DNA of 64,000 nucleotides from an uncultured cyanobacterium (lineage in GTDB: Bacteria; Cyanobacteriota; Cyanobacteriia; PCC-9006; JAAUQQ01). Under the pieces are notes generated by a model. That model saw nothing but the letters and a program-made list of their open reading frames with translations, was not told the origin of the DNA and searched no databases. The number at the start of each line of letters is the position of its first letter. Position 1 is the first letter of the stretch. This document shows, piece by piece, positions 17,744 to 26,563 of the stretch. The translations under genes were made by a program, and so were the position numbers. The stretch is taken from positions 2,976,001 through 3,040,000 of the forward strand of contig OY970368.1 in assembly GCA_963718615.1 (NCBI GenBank), given 5' to 3'.

Positions 17744-20014
17744 ATGACTGCAGGACAGCATTCTGAGACGCGTTCTGAGCCAGAGGTGAAGACTTGCTTG
17801 AAAGCGGCGATCGAGCAGCATCGCGCAGGACAGCTTATTCAGGCGGAGAAGCTCTATCAAAGGGTTCTCCAACATCCGTCCTGCGATCGCCAACAGCGGG
17901 CAGAAGCTTATAATAATCTGGGAATTACCCTCCAGCAGCAAAACAAATGGCAAGAGGCTGCCGGGGCTTATCGCAGGGCGATGGAGGAAATGCCCACCTT
18001 GGTTGAGGCTTACTTCAATTTAGGGACTGTGCTGCAGGCGCAGGAGCGATCTTCAGCAGCTATCCTGGCCTATCAGGAGGCGGTGCAGCTTCAGCCAGAT
18101 TATATTGAAGTGTATTACAACTTAGGTCGGCTTTATCATCAACAGGGATTGCTGTTAGAGGCTGAGCAGACCTATCGACAGGGACTAAACTATCGTCCTG
18201 ATGACGTCGAAGTTCAGAAGGCATTGGGTCATCTTTGTTATGAACAGCATCGCTTGGAAGAGGCACAAAATGCCTATGAGAAAGTGATTCAGATTGATCC
18301 TCAAGATGCTAAGGCTCACTATAGTCTAGGGGTTACTTTAAAAGCTCTGGGAAATTCATCAGCCGCAATTCAAGCCTATGTACAAGCCTTGCGCTGCAAT
18401 CCAGATTATTTTGAAGCCCATAATAATCTAGGGACGCTTCTCCAGGAAGCGGGGCGGTTTGATCTCGCAATTCAGGCCTTTCAGCAGGCGCTTAAGTGTC
18501 AGCCCAACTACGCCAGAGGTTATGCTAATTTGGGGGCTATCCTCAAAAGCCAAAATCGCCTAACGGAAGCGATGAAAGCCTATGGCCAAGCGCTTGTGCT
18601 ACAGCCGAGTTTGTTCCAGGCTCGATTGGGCTTGTGCATCAGTCAACTGCCAATTATCTATGAAAGTGCAGCAGAGGTTGAAGAGCGGCGTGGACAATAT
18701 CATCAACAGTTACAGGCGCTTTTTGACTATTACCAAAAAGCGCTACCTCAGGAACGGGCTGAGGCGGCGCGCGATATTGGCCTAGTCCAGCCCTTTTATC
18801 TCACTTATCAAGGACAAAATGATCGAGAACTCCAGGCTCTATACGGTCAGCTCATGACTCAGCTAATGGCCTGCCGTTTTCCTCAATGGAGTCAACCGTT
18901 GGCAAAACGTAAGGTTCAATCCCATGAGAAGATTCGGGTTGGCATCGTTTCTGGTTTCTTTCATAATCATTCCAATTGGAAAATTCCGATTAAGGGGTGG
19001 GTACAACAGCTAGATCGCGATCGCTTTGAGCTGTGGGGATACTATACCCGTGCAAGACAAGATGAAGAGACAGCGATCGCAGCCCAGTCCTTTGATTCCT
19101 TTATTCAGGGGCCTTTGGCACTAGAAGAATGGGCGAAGTTAATTCAGGCAGATCAGCTTGATGTCTTAATTTTTCCTGAATTTGGCATGGATATGACAAC
19201 CTTGCAGTTGGGATGTTTACGACTTTCTCCCACGCAAGTGACGTCCTGGGGACATCCAGAAACGAGTGGTTTGCCGACGATTGACTATTGCCTCAGTAGT
19301 GACTTGATGGAACCACCCCAGGGGCAAGAATATTACACAGAAAATCTTGTCCGGCTGCCAAATCTGTCCATTTATTATGAACCTTTAGCGCTTTCCATAG
19401 ACAGGATTTCTAAAGCAGATATTGGTCTTGAAGAACAACAGACTCTCTATTGGTGTTGTCAATCACTTTACAAATATCTACCCCAGCATGATGATATATT
19501 TCCACGTATTGCAAAGCAAGTCGATCATGCTCGCTTTGTGTTTATCGCTCATCATAGCGATCCGGTAAATGAAGTTTTTCGAAAGCGATTACATCTTGCT
19601 TTTCAAGCGGAAGGTCTTGATCATGAAACCTATTGCATATTTTTACCTGAGATGAAGGTTAATCGCTTTGCGGGCGTTGCTGCGATCGCTGATGTTTTTT
19701 TGGATAGCTTAGGCTGGTCAGGGTGCAATTCAAGTTTTGAGTCTTTGGCCCACCAGACGCCAATTGTGACTTGTCCTGGAGAACTGATGCGTAGTCGTCA
19801 TACCTTGGCAATATTGAAAATGATGGAGCTTGAGGAGGCGATCGCCTATGACAAGTCAGAATATATCAGGATCGCGATCAGACTTGGGCTAGATCCGGTG
19901 TATCGGATGTCCATCGCCCAAAAAATTGCTATGAATAGGCATCGACTTTATTGGGATCTTGAAGCGATTCAGGCTCTAGAAGCCTTTTTGTTAGAATCAG
20001 TCGAACAAGTATAG
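17744..20014 (+). CDS. TPR-repeat GT41 (OGT/SPINDLY/HMW1C-type) protein glycosyltransferase
   Basis: About 8 TPRs, then KIRVGIVSGFFHNHS, LDVLIFPEFGMD, QVTSWGHPETSG, CQSLYKY and DVFLDSLGWSGCNS. ATG 17744 is preferred because the track start overlaps the palindromes. Confidence 0.88.
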   Translation: MTAGQHSETRSEPEVKTCLKAAIEQHRAGQLIQAEKLYQRVLQHPSCDRQQRAEAYNNLGITLQQQNKWQEAAGAYRRAMEEMPTLVEAYFNLGTVLQAQERSSAAILAYQEAVQLQPDYIEVYYNLGRLYHQQGLLLEAEQTYRQGLNYRPDDVEVQKALGHLCYEQHRLEEAQNAYEKVIQIDPQDAKAHYSLGVTLKALGNSSAAIQAYVQALRCNPDYFEAHNNLGTLLQEAGRFDLAIQAFQQALKCQPNYARGYANLGAILKSQNRLTEAMKAYGQALVLQPSLFQARLGLCISQLPIIYESAAEVEERRGQYHQQLQALFDYYQKALPQERAEAARDIGLVQPFYLTYQGQNDRELQALYGQLMTQLMACRFPQWSQPLAKRKVQSHEKIRVGIVSGFFHNHSNWKIPIKGWVQQLDRDRFELWGYYTRARQDEETAIAAQSFDSFIQGPLALEEWAKLIQADQLDVLIFPEFGMDMTTLQLGCLRLSPTQVTSWGHPETSGLPTIDYCLSSDLMEPPQGQEYYTENLVRLPNLSIYYEPLALSIDRISKADIGLEEQQTLYWCCQSLYKYLPQHDDIFPRIAKQVDHARFVFIAHHSDPVNEVFRKRLHLAFQAEGLDHETYCIFLPEMKVNRFAGVAAIADVFLDSLGWSGCNSSFESLAHQTPIVTCPGELMRSRHTLAILKMMELEEAIAYDKSEYIRIAIRLGLDPVYRMSIAQKIAMNRHRLYWDLEAIQALEAFLLESVEQV

Positions 20015-20157
20015 AGTCAATTTTGCCAAGCGTCGAATCGTCATAAGATTTCAATACGCTGACCGCCCTAGTCTTATCCAAAAAGATATGTTTGTAATTT
20101 TATTTTTTCTTTAGAAAAATAATCAAATTAGATATTGTTTTGATCGCGAAAAGAAGA

Positions 20158-20198
20158 TGCCAAAATGGCAACATAGCGTGATAGAAGATTCGTATATT
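20158..20198 (+). promoter_or_regulatory. TGCCA-N3-TGGCA palindrome, copy 4, with -10 box
   Basis: TGCCAAAATGGCA (20158-20170), a 22-nt spacer, then TATATT (20193-20198). Confidence 0.65.
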
Positions 20199-20258
20199 GG
20201 TTGCAGTGAATCGAACAGATTCCTGGCTTAAGTTCCTACATCAACGGGAGAAACTCCA

Positions 20259-20549
20259 ATGATTATTTCTGATCTTTCCTACCTGGATAACGTTGCTGAA
20301 GAGCAAGTTGTGGGTGGTTTTTCGTTTAGTGCTAACAAGAATGTCGACATCAGCATCGGTGTTAACGAAACCATCAACATCAACAAGAATGTCAACTCTG
20401 CTGTGAACATCAGCGGCAACCTCGCAACGGCTGAGTCTGGCGCAACTGCTTTCGGCAACAACACCATTGCTGAAGCCTTTGGTTTCACCTACACGGATGC
20501 TGGTAGCTCTGCTGCTAACGCCTTCTCCGTTTCCGCTACCAACGACTAA
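20259..20549 (+). CDS. double-glycine leader small protein (precursor 1)
   Basis: GGAGA RBS; leader MIISDLSYLDNVAEEQVVGG (20 aa) and a 76-aa Asn/Ser/Thr/Ala-rich core. Confidence 0.88.
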   Translation: MIISDLSYLDNVAEEQVVGGFSFSANKNVDISIGVNETININKNVNSAVNISGNLATAESGATAFGNNTIAEAFGFTYTDAGSSAANAFSVSATND

Positions 20550-20559
20550 TTAATTAGTC

Positions 20560-20585
20560 ATTCCGAGGTCTTCGGTCCTCGGAAT
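20560..20585 (+). terminator. cUUCGg stem-loop after precursor 1 (stabiliser or partial terminator)
   Basis: ATTCCGAGGTC-TTCG-GTCCTCGGAAT, one mismatch in the stem. Confidence 0.65.
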
Positions 20586-20664
20586 TGTTTGGTCATTATG
20601 GCAGGTTTGAAAAACAGATTGCCATTCTTTTATTCCCTTAATTTCCACTTGAAGGAGAACTCCA

Positions 20665-20955
20665 ATGATTATTTCTGATCTTTCCTACCTGGATAACGTT
20701 GCTGAAGAGCAAGTTGTGGGTGGTTTTTCGTTTAGTGCTAACAAGAATGTCGACATCAGCATCGGCGTCAACGAAACCATCAACATCGACAAAAATGTTA
20801 CCTCCGTTGTAAGCATCAGCGGCAATCTCGCAACAGCTGAGTCTGGCGCAACTGCTTTCGGCAACAACACTATTGCTGAAGCCTTTGGCTTCACCTACAC
20901 GGATGCTGGTAGCTCTGCTGCTAACGCCTTCTCCGTTTCCGCTACCAACGACTAA
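20665..20955 (+). CDS. double-glycine leader small protein (precursor 2, near-identical duplicate of precursor 1)
   Basis: 92 of 96 aa identical to 20259-20549; GGAGA RBS. Confidence 0.88.
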   Translation: MIISDLSYLDNVAEEQVVGGFSFSANKNVDISIGVNETINIDKNVTSVVSISGNLATAESGATAFGNNTIAEAFGFTYTDAGSSAANAFSVSATND

Positions 20956-20966
20956 TTAATTAGTCA

Positions 20967-20990
20967 ATCCGAGGCCTTCGGGCCTCGGAT
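20967..20990 (+). terminator. cUUCGg stem-loop after precursor 2
   Basis: ATCCGAGGCC-TTCG-GGCCTCGGAT, a perfect 10-bp stem. Confidence 0.7.
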
Positions 20991-21141
20991 ATTTGGGTTG
21001 ACGGGAAGACATTAAATGGCAATTATTGCTGTTGTTTTACCGATTAAGAATTTTGAGTCGAGATTGCTCTACTTCGAAGACCATAACTCTAAACGGCTAT
21101 TCTTCGTGTCTGTTTAACTGAGCTTTTGAAGAGAGACTCTC

Positions 21142-21438
21142 ATGATTATTGCTGATCTAAACTATTTTGAAAATGCTGATGACCGACCGACCTATGGTGG
21201 GTTTTATGTTGGGGAATCTAAAAAAATTGGAATTGAAGTTAACATAGCAGAAAATGTCTTAATTGGTAAAAATCTCAAGGCTGTTCTTTTGCTCCAGGGT
21301 AATTTGTCTACGGCGGAAGCAGGCGCAACGGCTTTTGGTAAGAACACTCTGGCTGAAGCCTTTGGGTTTACCTATACCGACCATAACGGTTCTTCCTCCA
21401 ACTCCTTCTCGATTTCTGCAACCTCCTCTGGAGCTTAA
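21142..21438 (+). CDS. double-glycine leader small protein (precursor 3, divergent paralogue)
   Basis: Leader MIIADLNYFENADDRPTYGG; its C-terminal half (GNLSTAEAGATAFGKNTLAEAFGFTYTD) matches precursors 1 and 2. Confidence 0.85.
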   Translation: MIIADLNYFENADDRPTYGGFYVGESKKIGIEVNIAENVLIGKNLKAVLLLQGNLSTAEAGATAFGKNTLAEAFGFTYTDHNGSSSNSFSISATSSGA

Positions 21439-21443
21439 GAACG

Positions 21444-24400
21444 ATGAATCAGCTTAGGCATAATGCAGCTTTTTCCATGGATACAGTTGTGCTGAATCAT
21501 CAAGTTGCTGTAGTGACTGGAGGAGGAAGGGGTCTGGGTCAAGCCTATGCCTTAGCCTTAGCCACATCGGGTGCAAAAGTTGCGGTGATTGCTCGTTCTT
21601 TCCAACAGCTTGAAGACACTGTTAACGCTATTCAAACTTTAGGTGGGCAGGCGATCGCTATTCCTGCTGATGTCACGGAGCCGAAAACCTGCGAGCAGGC
21701 GATCGCTCAAATTCAGGATCAGCTAGGGCCGATTGACCTGCTGATTAACAATGCCGGTGTGTTTACGCCCATTGGTCCACTGTGGCAGACTTCGCCCCAG
21801 GATTGGTGGCAAACCCTTGAAGTCAATCTTAAAGGCTCCTTTCTATATAGCCATGCCATTCTATCGTCAATGGTGGCTCGTCAACAGGGTCGCATTATTA
21901 ATGTGGTGAGTGAGGCAGGTCTCTTAGGAATTCCTTACTGTTCATCCTATGGGGTTAGCAAAACGGCGCTAATTCGCTTGAGTGAAACCTTGGCTTTAGA
22001 GGCTGCGACCCACAACGTCTACATTTTTGCACTGGATCCTGGAGCCGTTCGAACGACGATGACCGATATTCGGCATTCCCCTGAAGCGCAACAGTGGATT
22101 CCCTGGTGTAATCAAGCCTTTGGGCAGAATCAAGACGTTTCCCTGCAACGGGTTGCTGATGTGATACTACGTCTAGCTTCGGGTCAGTACGACGCTTTGT
22201 CAGGGCGATATCTTCATGCAACAGATGACCTAGCGGCTTTGCTTCAGAAAAGTTCAGAAATTCAAAACCAGCAAGCCTATGTTCTTCGACTAGGTCGATT
22301 AGACCTACCTCTTGTGTCAACAACTCCTATTGATGAGCTTTTGCAACAGGCGATCGCAGTAGAGCCGCAGGATATTGACCAAGCCCAACAACTCTATCAT
22401 CGTATACTAACGGCACAGCCCCATCATCAGGATGTTCTTTATCGCCTCGGTCATTTAGCCCAGCGCCAGGGTCAGCCGAAAGAGGCTATGCAATGGTGGC
22501 AAAGGCTTTTGAATGTCAACTCCCATTCGCTTAAAGCCTGGTTTAGCTTAGGCAATCTCTATCAGGCTGAAGGAGATTTACAGGCTGCTGAAATGGCCTA
22601 CCGTCAAGCCCTTGTGCTTCAGCCACAGCAGGGAGTTCTCTACAATAATTTAGGTTATGTGCTTCATCAACAGACTCGACTTGATGAAGCTATTGTCTGT
22701 TACCAAACGGCTCTAAAACTTCAACCGACCAGTGTCGAAACCGAGGCTAATCTCGGTCACACATTACAGGCACAGGGAGAGCTCTCTTCAGAACAACAGG
22801 CCTATTATGGAGCGCTCAATTATCGGTTGGGTGTTCATCGGCATCAGAGGGGAGATAAAGCAACTGCGGAAGTTTATTATCGACGGGCGATCGCTCTAGA
22901 TCCTACCGTAATTGATTTTTATCTCTCTCTGGGTCAACTATTGCAAGAACAGTGCAAGTTGGATGAAGCGATCCTATCCTTAGAAAAGGCTCTGGTCCTG
23001 CTTGGCGCTCAGTCTCAGGCCCAAACTCAAGTCCAAGCTCCAACCCAACCTCAACCTCAGAAACCTCAGATTCAATCTGAACAACGCCAGACTCAAGAGA
23101 TTAAAACCTATTTTAAACTCGGTCAGCTCTACCAATATCAACGTCAACTGAAGAATGCCGTTGTGATGTATCGGCAGGGGCTGATTCTGGCGAATCCTCA
23201 CTATGCTCAAGCGATCGCAGCCCAGCCTGCTCATGCTAGCGAATTGGTGACCGACGTTCCCACGACACCTTCTATTTCACTCGGAGAAGTGAGGGTGGGA
23301 GACTATCTATTTCCTGCAATTCCTGCGGTTCAAGACTTGGAAACCTCTCGACCTTTTTGGTCTGTTGTAATTCCGGTTTATCGTCGTACGGATTATGTAT
23401 TGGAGGCGATCGCCAGTGTGCTCAGGCAATGGCCTGGCCCAGCAGCTATGGAAATTTTGGTAATGGATAATGCCAGCGATCCACCTCTGTTCGAATGGGT
23501 AAATCAGCTCGGTCAAGGAATTATTCGTTACTATCGTAATTCTCAAAATGTGGGTGTAGTCAACAACTCTAACCTAGGCATTGCTCTGAGTCGAGGGCAA
23601 TGGATTCACGTTCTGCATGATGATGATTGTGTTTTGCCCGGATTCTATCAGAATCTTCAAGCGAGTTTAGAGTCTTGTCCGGACTCTGTTGGAGTTGCCT
23701 GCACTGGCTTTGAATATTTTGATGAGATGGGCAATGCTTTAGAGACTGGCGAAGTCAGTTCAATCTACGGTTCCAATCGGGGGATCATGCAAGATTGGCT
23801 AGCTCGGATTGGAGTCTGTGGTTTGGTGACGATTCCTGCCATGGTGGTGCGTCGCGCAACCCATGAACATTTGGGTGGGTACTATCCGGCGTTGCCAGAA
23901 ATTGCGGACTGGGAAATCTTTAAGCGTTATGCGTCCTTTTATGATTGGTGGTACGAGCCAGGAATTTTAGCCCGTTATCGTGAACATACGCGAAAAATGA
24001 CGCCGGAGAATTGGCGCACGGGAACCATCGCAGAATCAATTCGCTTGGCGATCGAAGTGTCTGATAGCTATTTTCCAGAAGCGCAGCGTCAGGCGATTTC
24101 GCTCAGTGCACGTCGTCATAATTTTAACTATTGCCTGAGTCGGTTATCTATTCCGTTAGAAATGGGCAATCAGGCCGGTGCCCTGCGAATTTTGCGAGAG
24201 GTTCTCAAGATTGATCAGTCGACGGCAGCGATCGCCAAGCTCTTGACTTGGTTGAAGGAAAAGCAAGCAGAGCCGATACGCGAACTCATTTTCTCTCAAC
24301 TATTCTCCCTAAATAGCGAGACTGAAAAATCGAGCAGAGTAGAATTATCCCAAAATCCTTTGCTTTCCTGTGCCGCTAATCAATCAACTTTTTCATCTAG

Positions 24401-25457
24401 TTCTCAGTCCATAACGATTGGCAATACTCAGTTTCCGGCAATTCCTCCCCTACCCACCATTGCGGTTGAACGACCCTTTTGGAGCGTTATTATTCCGGTC
24501 TATAATCGGATTGATTATCTATCCGAATGTCTGAACAGTGTGCTTTCCCAGGATCCTGGAGCAGACAGAATGGAAATTCTAGTCATGGACGACGCTAGTC
24601 TGGAATTATCGGAGACAATTCATGCTCTAGTCAGCTCCTTAGGAAAAGGCCGGGTGCGTTATTTTCGCAATGCCCAGCGTCAAGGTTTACCCGGTAATTG
24701 GAATTGTGGACTTTTGCATAGTCGGGGTCAATGGATTCATGTGTTGCATGATGATGATTATGTACTTCCCGGATTCTATAACCATCTCCAGAAGAGCTTA
24801 GAAGATGCTCCAGTTTCTGTCGGTGCTGCATTTACGGGTTACGAAAATATTGATGAAGCAGGAAAGACAATCTTTACCCGTAGTTATGGGGATTCCCAGG
24901 GTATTGTGCAAAATTGGCTTCAAACCATTGGCGTTTCTAATCCTTTAAATATGCCTGCCGTTGTCATCCGTCGTTCGGTCCATGAGCAGCTTGGGGGATA
25001 TCATCCTCAACTGACCTATACCAGCGATTGGGAGCTGTACAAGCGGATCGCCTCTTTTTATGATTGGTGGCATGAGCCTGGAATTTTGGCGCGGTATCGT
25101 GAACATCGTCAAAGTAAGACTTCGGAGCTTTTTCTCAGTGGTGCTCAGGTGGATTCGATTCGACAGGCGATCGAGATATCTACGGGATATCTTCCTGCTG
25201 AGTGTAATGAATATGTAACCGAAAAGTCGCGCCAGTACTACGTTGCTTACTGTTTGAAGCTTGCATCAATTCCGCTTCAGGCCGGAATGACAGAAAATGC
25301 TTGGAGACTCGTTCAAGAAACATTCAAAATTGATCAATCTCCAACCTCAGTCTCTCGGTTCTTTGACTGGCTAACCCAGACTGATCAATCGTTAATTCAG
25401 TCAGAATTTCTGCCTAGACTTATAGATTTAGAATTGGATAAAGGTCGTCTGCAATGA
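21444..25457 (+). CDS. SDR oxidoreductase-TPR-GT2-GT2 fusion protein
   Basis: SDR motifs TGGGRGLG, NNAG and YGVSK; TPR block; two GT2 domains each with RPFWSV.IPVY...WIHVLHDDD...DWE. Confidence 0.85.
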   Translation: MNQLRHNAAFSMDTVVLNHQVAVVTGGGRGLGQAYALALATSGAKVAVIARSFQQLEDTVNAIQTLGGQAIAIPADVTEPKTCEQAIAQIQDQLGPIDLLINNAGVFTPIGPLWQTSPQDWWQTLEVNLKGSFLYSHAILSSMVARQQGRIINVVSEAGLLGIPYCSSYGVSKTALIRLSETLALEAATHNVYIFALDPGAVRTTMTDIRHSPEAQQWIPWCNQAFGQNQDVSLQRVADVILRLASGQYDALSGRYLHATDDLAALLQKSSEIQNQQAYVLRLGRLDLPLVSTTPIDELLQQAIAVEPQDIDQAQQLYHRILTAQPHHQDVLYRLGHLAQRQGQPKEAMQWWQRLLNVNSHSLKAWFSLGNLYQAEGDLQAAEMAYRQALVLQPQQGVLYNNLGYVLHQQTRLDEAIVCYQTALKLQPTSVETEANLGHTLQAQGELSSEQQAYYGALNYRLGVHRHQRGDKATAEVYYRRAIALDPTVIDFYLSLGQLLQEQCKLDEAILSLEKALVLLGAQSQAQTQVQAPTQPQPQKPQIQSEQRQTQEIKTYFKLGQLYQYQRQLKNAVVMYRQGLILANPHYAQAIAAQPAHASELVTDVPTTPSISLGEVRVGDYLFPAIPAVQDLETSRPFWSVVIPVYRRTDYVLEAIASVLRQWPGPAAMEILVMDNASDPPLFEWVNQLGQGIIRYYRNSQNVGVVNNSNLGIALSRGQWIHVLHDDDCVLPGFYQNLQASLESCPDSVGVACTGFEYFDEMGNALETGEVSSIYGSNRGIMQDWLARIGVCGLVTIPAMVVRRATHEHLGGYYPALPEIADWEIFKRYASFYDWWYEPGILARYREHTRKMTPENWRTGTIAESIRLAIEVSDSYFPEAQRQAISLSARRHNFNYCLSRLSIPLEMGNQAGALRILREVLKIDQSTAAIAKLLTWLKEKQAEPIRELIFSQLFSLNSETEKSSRVELSQNPLLSCAANQSTFSSSSQSITIGNTQFPAIPPLPTIAVERPFWSVIIPVYNRIDYLSECLNSVLSQDPGADRMEILVMDDASLELSETIHALVSSLGKGRVRYFRNAQRQGLPGNWNCGLLHSRGQWIHVLHDDDYVLPGFYNHLQKSLEDAPVSVGAAFTGYENIDEAGKTIFTRSYGDSQGIVQNWLQTIGVSNPLNMPAVVIRRSVHEQLGGYHPQLTYTSDWELYKRIASFYDWWHEPGILARYREHRQSKTSELFLSGAQVDSIRQAIEISTGYLPAECNEYVTEKSRQYYVAYCLKLASIPLQAGMTENAWRLVQETFKIDQSPTSVSRFFDWLTQTDQSLIQSEFLPRLIDLELDKGRLQ

Positions 25458-26524
25458 ATATTAATTTTTGGCAAGGAAAACGGGTTTTAGTCACTGGGCA
25501 TACTGGTTTTAAGGGCAGTTGGCTGTCGCTGTGGTTACAATCCATGGGGGTCGAATTGTTAGGGTATGCTTTGCAGCCTCCGACAAATCCTAGTCTCTTT
25601 GAAGTGGCAAGCGTTGCAGAAGGGATGACCTCAATTCTTGGAGATGTCGGAGACGCTCAGCATTTGCATTCGGTATTGGCTGAGTTTCAGCCGGAAATAG
25701 TGCTACATCTTGCAGCTCAGTCCGTTGTTCACACGTCCTATTTAGATCCAGTTACTACCTATCATTCAAATGTGATGGGGACTATCTATCTGCTCGAAGC
25801 GATTCGCCAAGTTCCCAGCGTTCGCTCGGTTGTCATTGTGACTTCAGATAAATGCTATGAAAACCGAGAATGGGTTTGGGGCTATCGAGAAACAGATACG
25901 CTAGGGGGCTATGATCCTTACAGCAGCAGCAAAGCCTGTGCTGAACTCGTTACCGCTGCCTATCGCAATTCTTTTTTTAATCCCAATGACTACGCTGAAC
26001 ATGGTGTGGCGATCGCCACAGCCCGAGCTGGAAACGTCATTGCTGGCGGCGATTGGACTGCGGATGGATTAATTGCAGATATTGTCCGTGCGCTGCTACA
26101 AAACCAGATTGTTCAAATTCGCAATCCCTATTCAACCCGTCCTTGGCAGCATGTCTTGAATGCCCTAGAGGGGTATCTTACTCTTGCAGAAAGACTTTAC
26201 TGCCAAGGCATTGCTTTTACGGGGGCTTGGAACTTTGGTCCCTATGAATCTTTTGTTAAACCTGTCGGTTGGATTGTCGAACAAATGCTTACGAGTTGGG
26301 GTGAGGGTAGCAGTTGGCAAGCGAATCAAACTCAATATTTTCATGAGCAAATTGCCTTGAGCCTAGATAGTTCAAAGGCACGATTCAAGCTGAACTGGCG
26401 GCCTCAGCTTTCCTTAGAAGACTCTCTAGATCAGATCATTTCCTGGACTAAAGCATATCGAGCCCAAGAAAATATGCGGCAAGTCAGTCTGGAAACTATT
26501 GCTCAGTTTCTGCGGAAAAGTTGA
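25454..26524 (+). CDS. rfbG: CDP-glucose 4,6-dehydratase
   Basis: Motifs VTGHTGFKGSWL, TSDKCYEN, DPYSSSKA and RPWQHVL; ATGA overlap with the upstream gene. Confidence 0.93.
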   Translation: MNINFWQGKRVLVTGHTGFKGSWLSLWLQSMGVELLGYALQPPTNPSLFEVASVAEGMTSILGDVGDAQHLHSVLAEFQPEIVLHLAAQSVVHTSYLDPVTTYHSNVMGTIYLLEAIRQVPSVRSVVIVTSDKCYENREWVWGYRETDTLGGYDPYSSSKACAELVTAAYRNSFFNPNDYAEHGVAIATARAGNVIAGGDWTADGLIADIVRALLQNQIVQIRNPYSTRPWQHVLNALEGYLTLAERLYCQGIAFTGAWNFGPYESFVKPVGWIVEQMLTSWGEGSSWQANQTQYFHEQIALSLDSSKARFKLNWRPQLSLEDSLDQIISWTKAYRAQENMRQVSLETIAQFLRKS

Positions 26525-26563
26525 TCTTCTGCCAAATTTAAATCTTTTTCTTGCTCAAAATTC

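Noticed and set aside
20279-20894. Two repeated 69-aa minus-strand ORFs
   Set aside because: They are antisense shadows of the duplicated precursor genes, which have the RBS and leader.
20259-21438. Precursors as lanthipeptides, cyanobactins or S-linked glycocins
   Set aside because: The cores lack Cys, and no LanM, YcaO, PatA/G or radical SAM gene is in the window.
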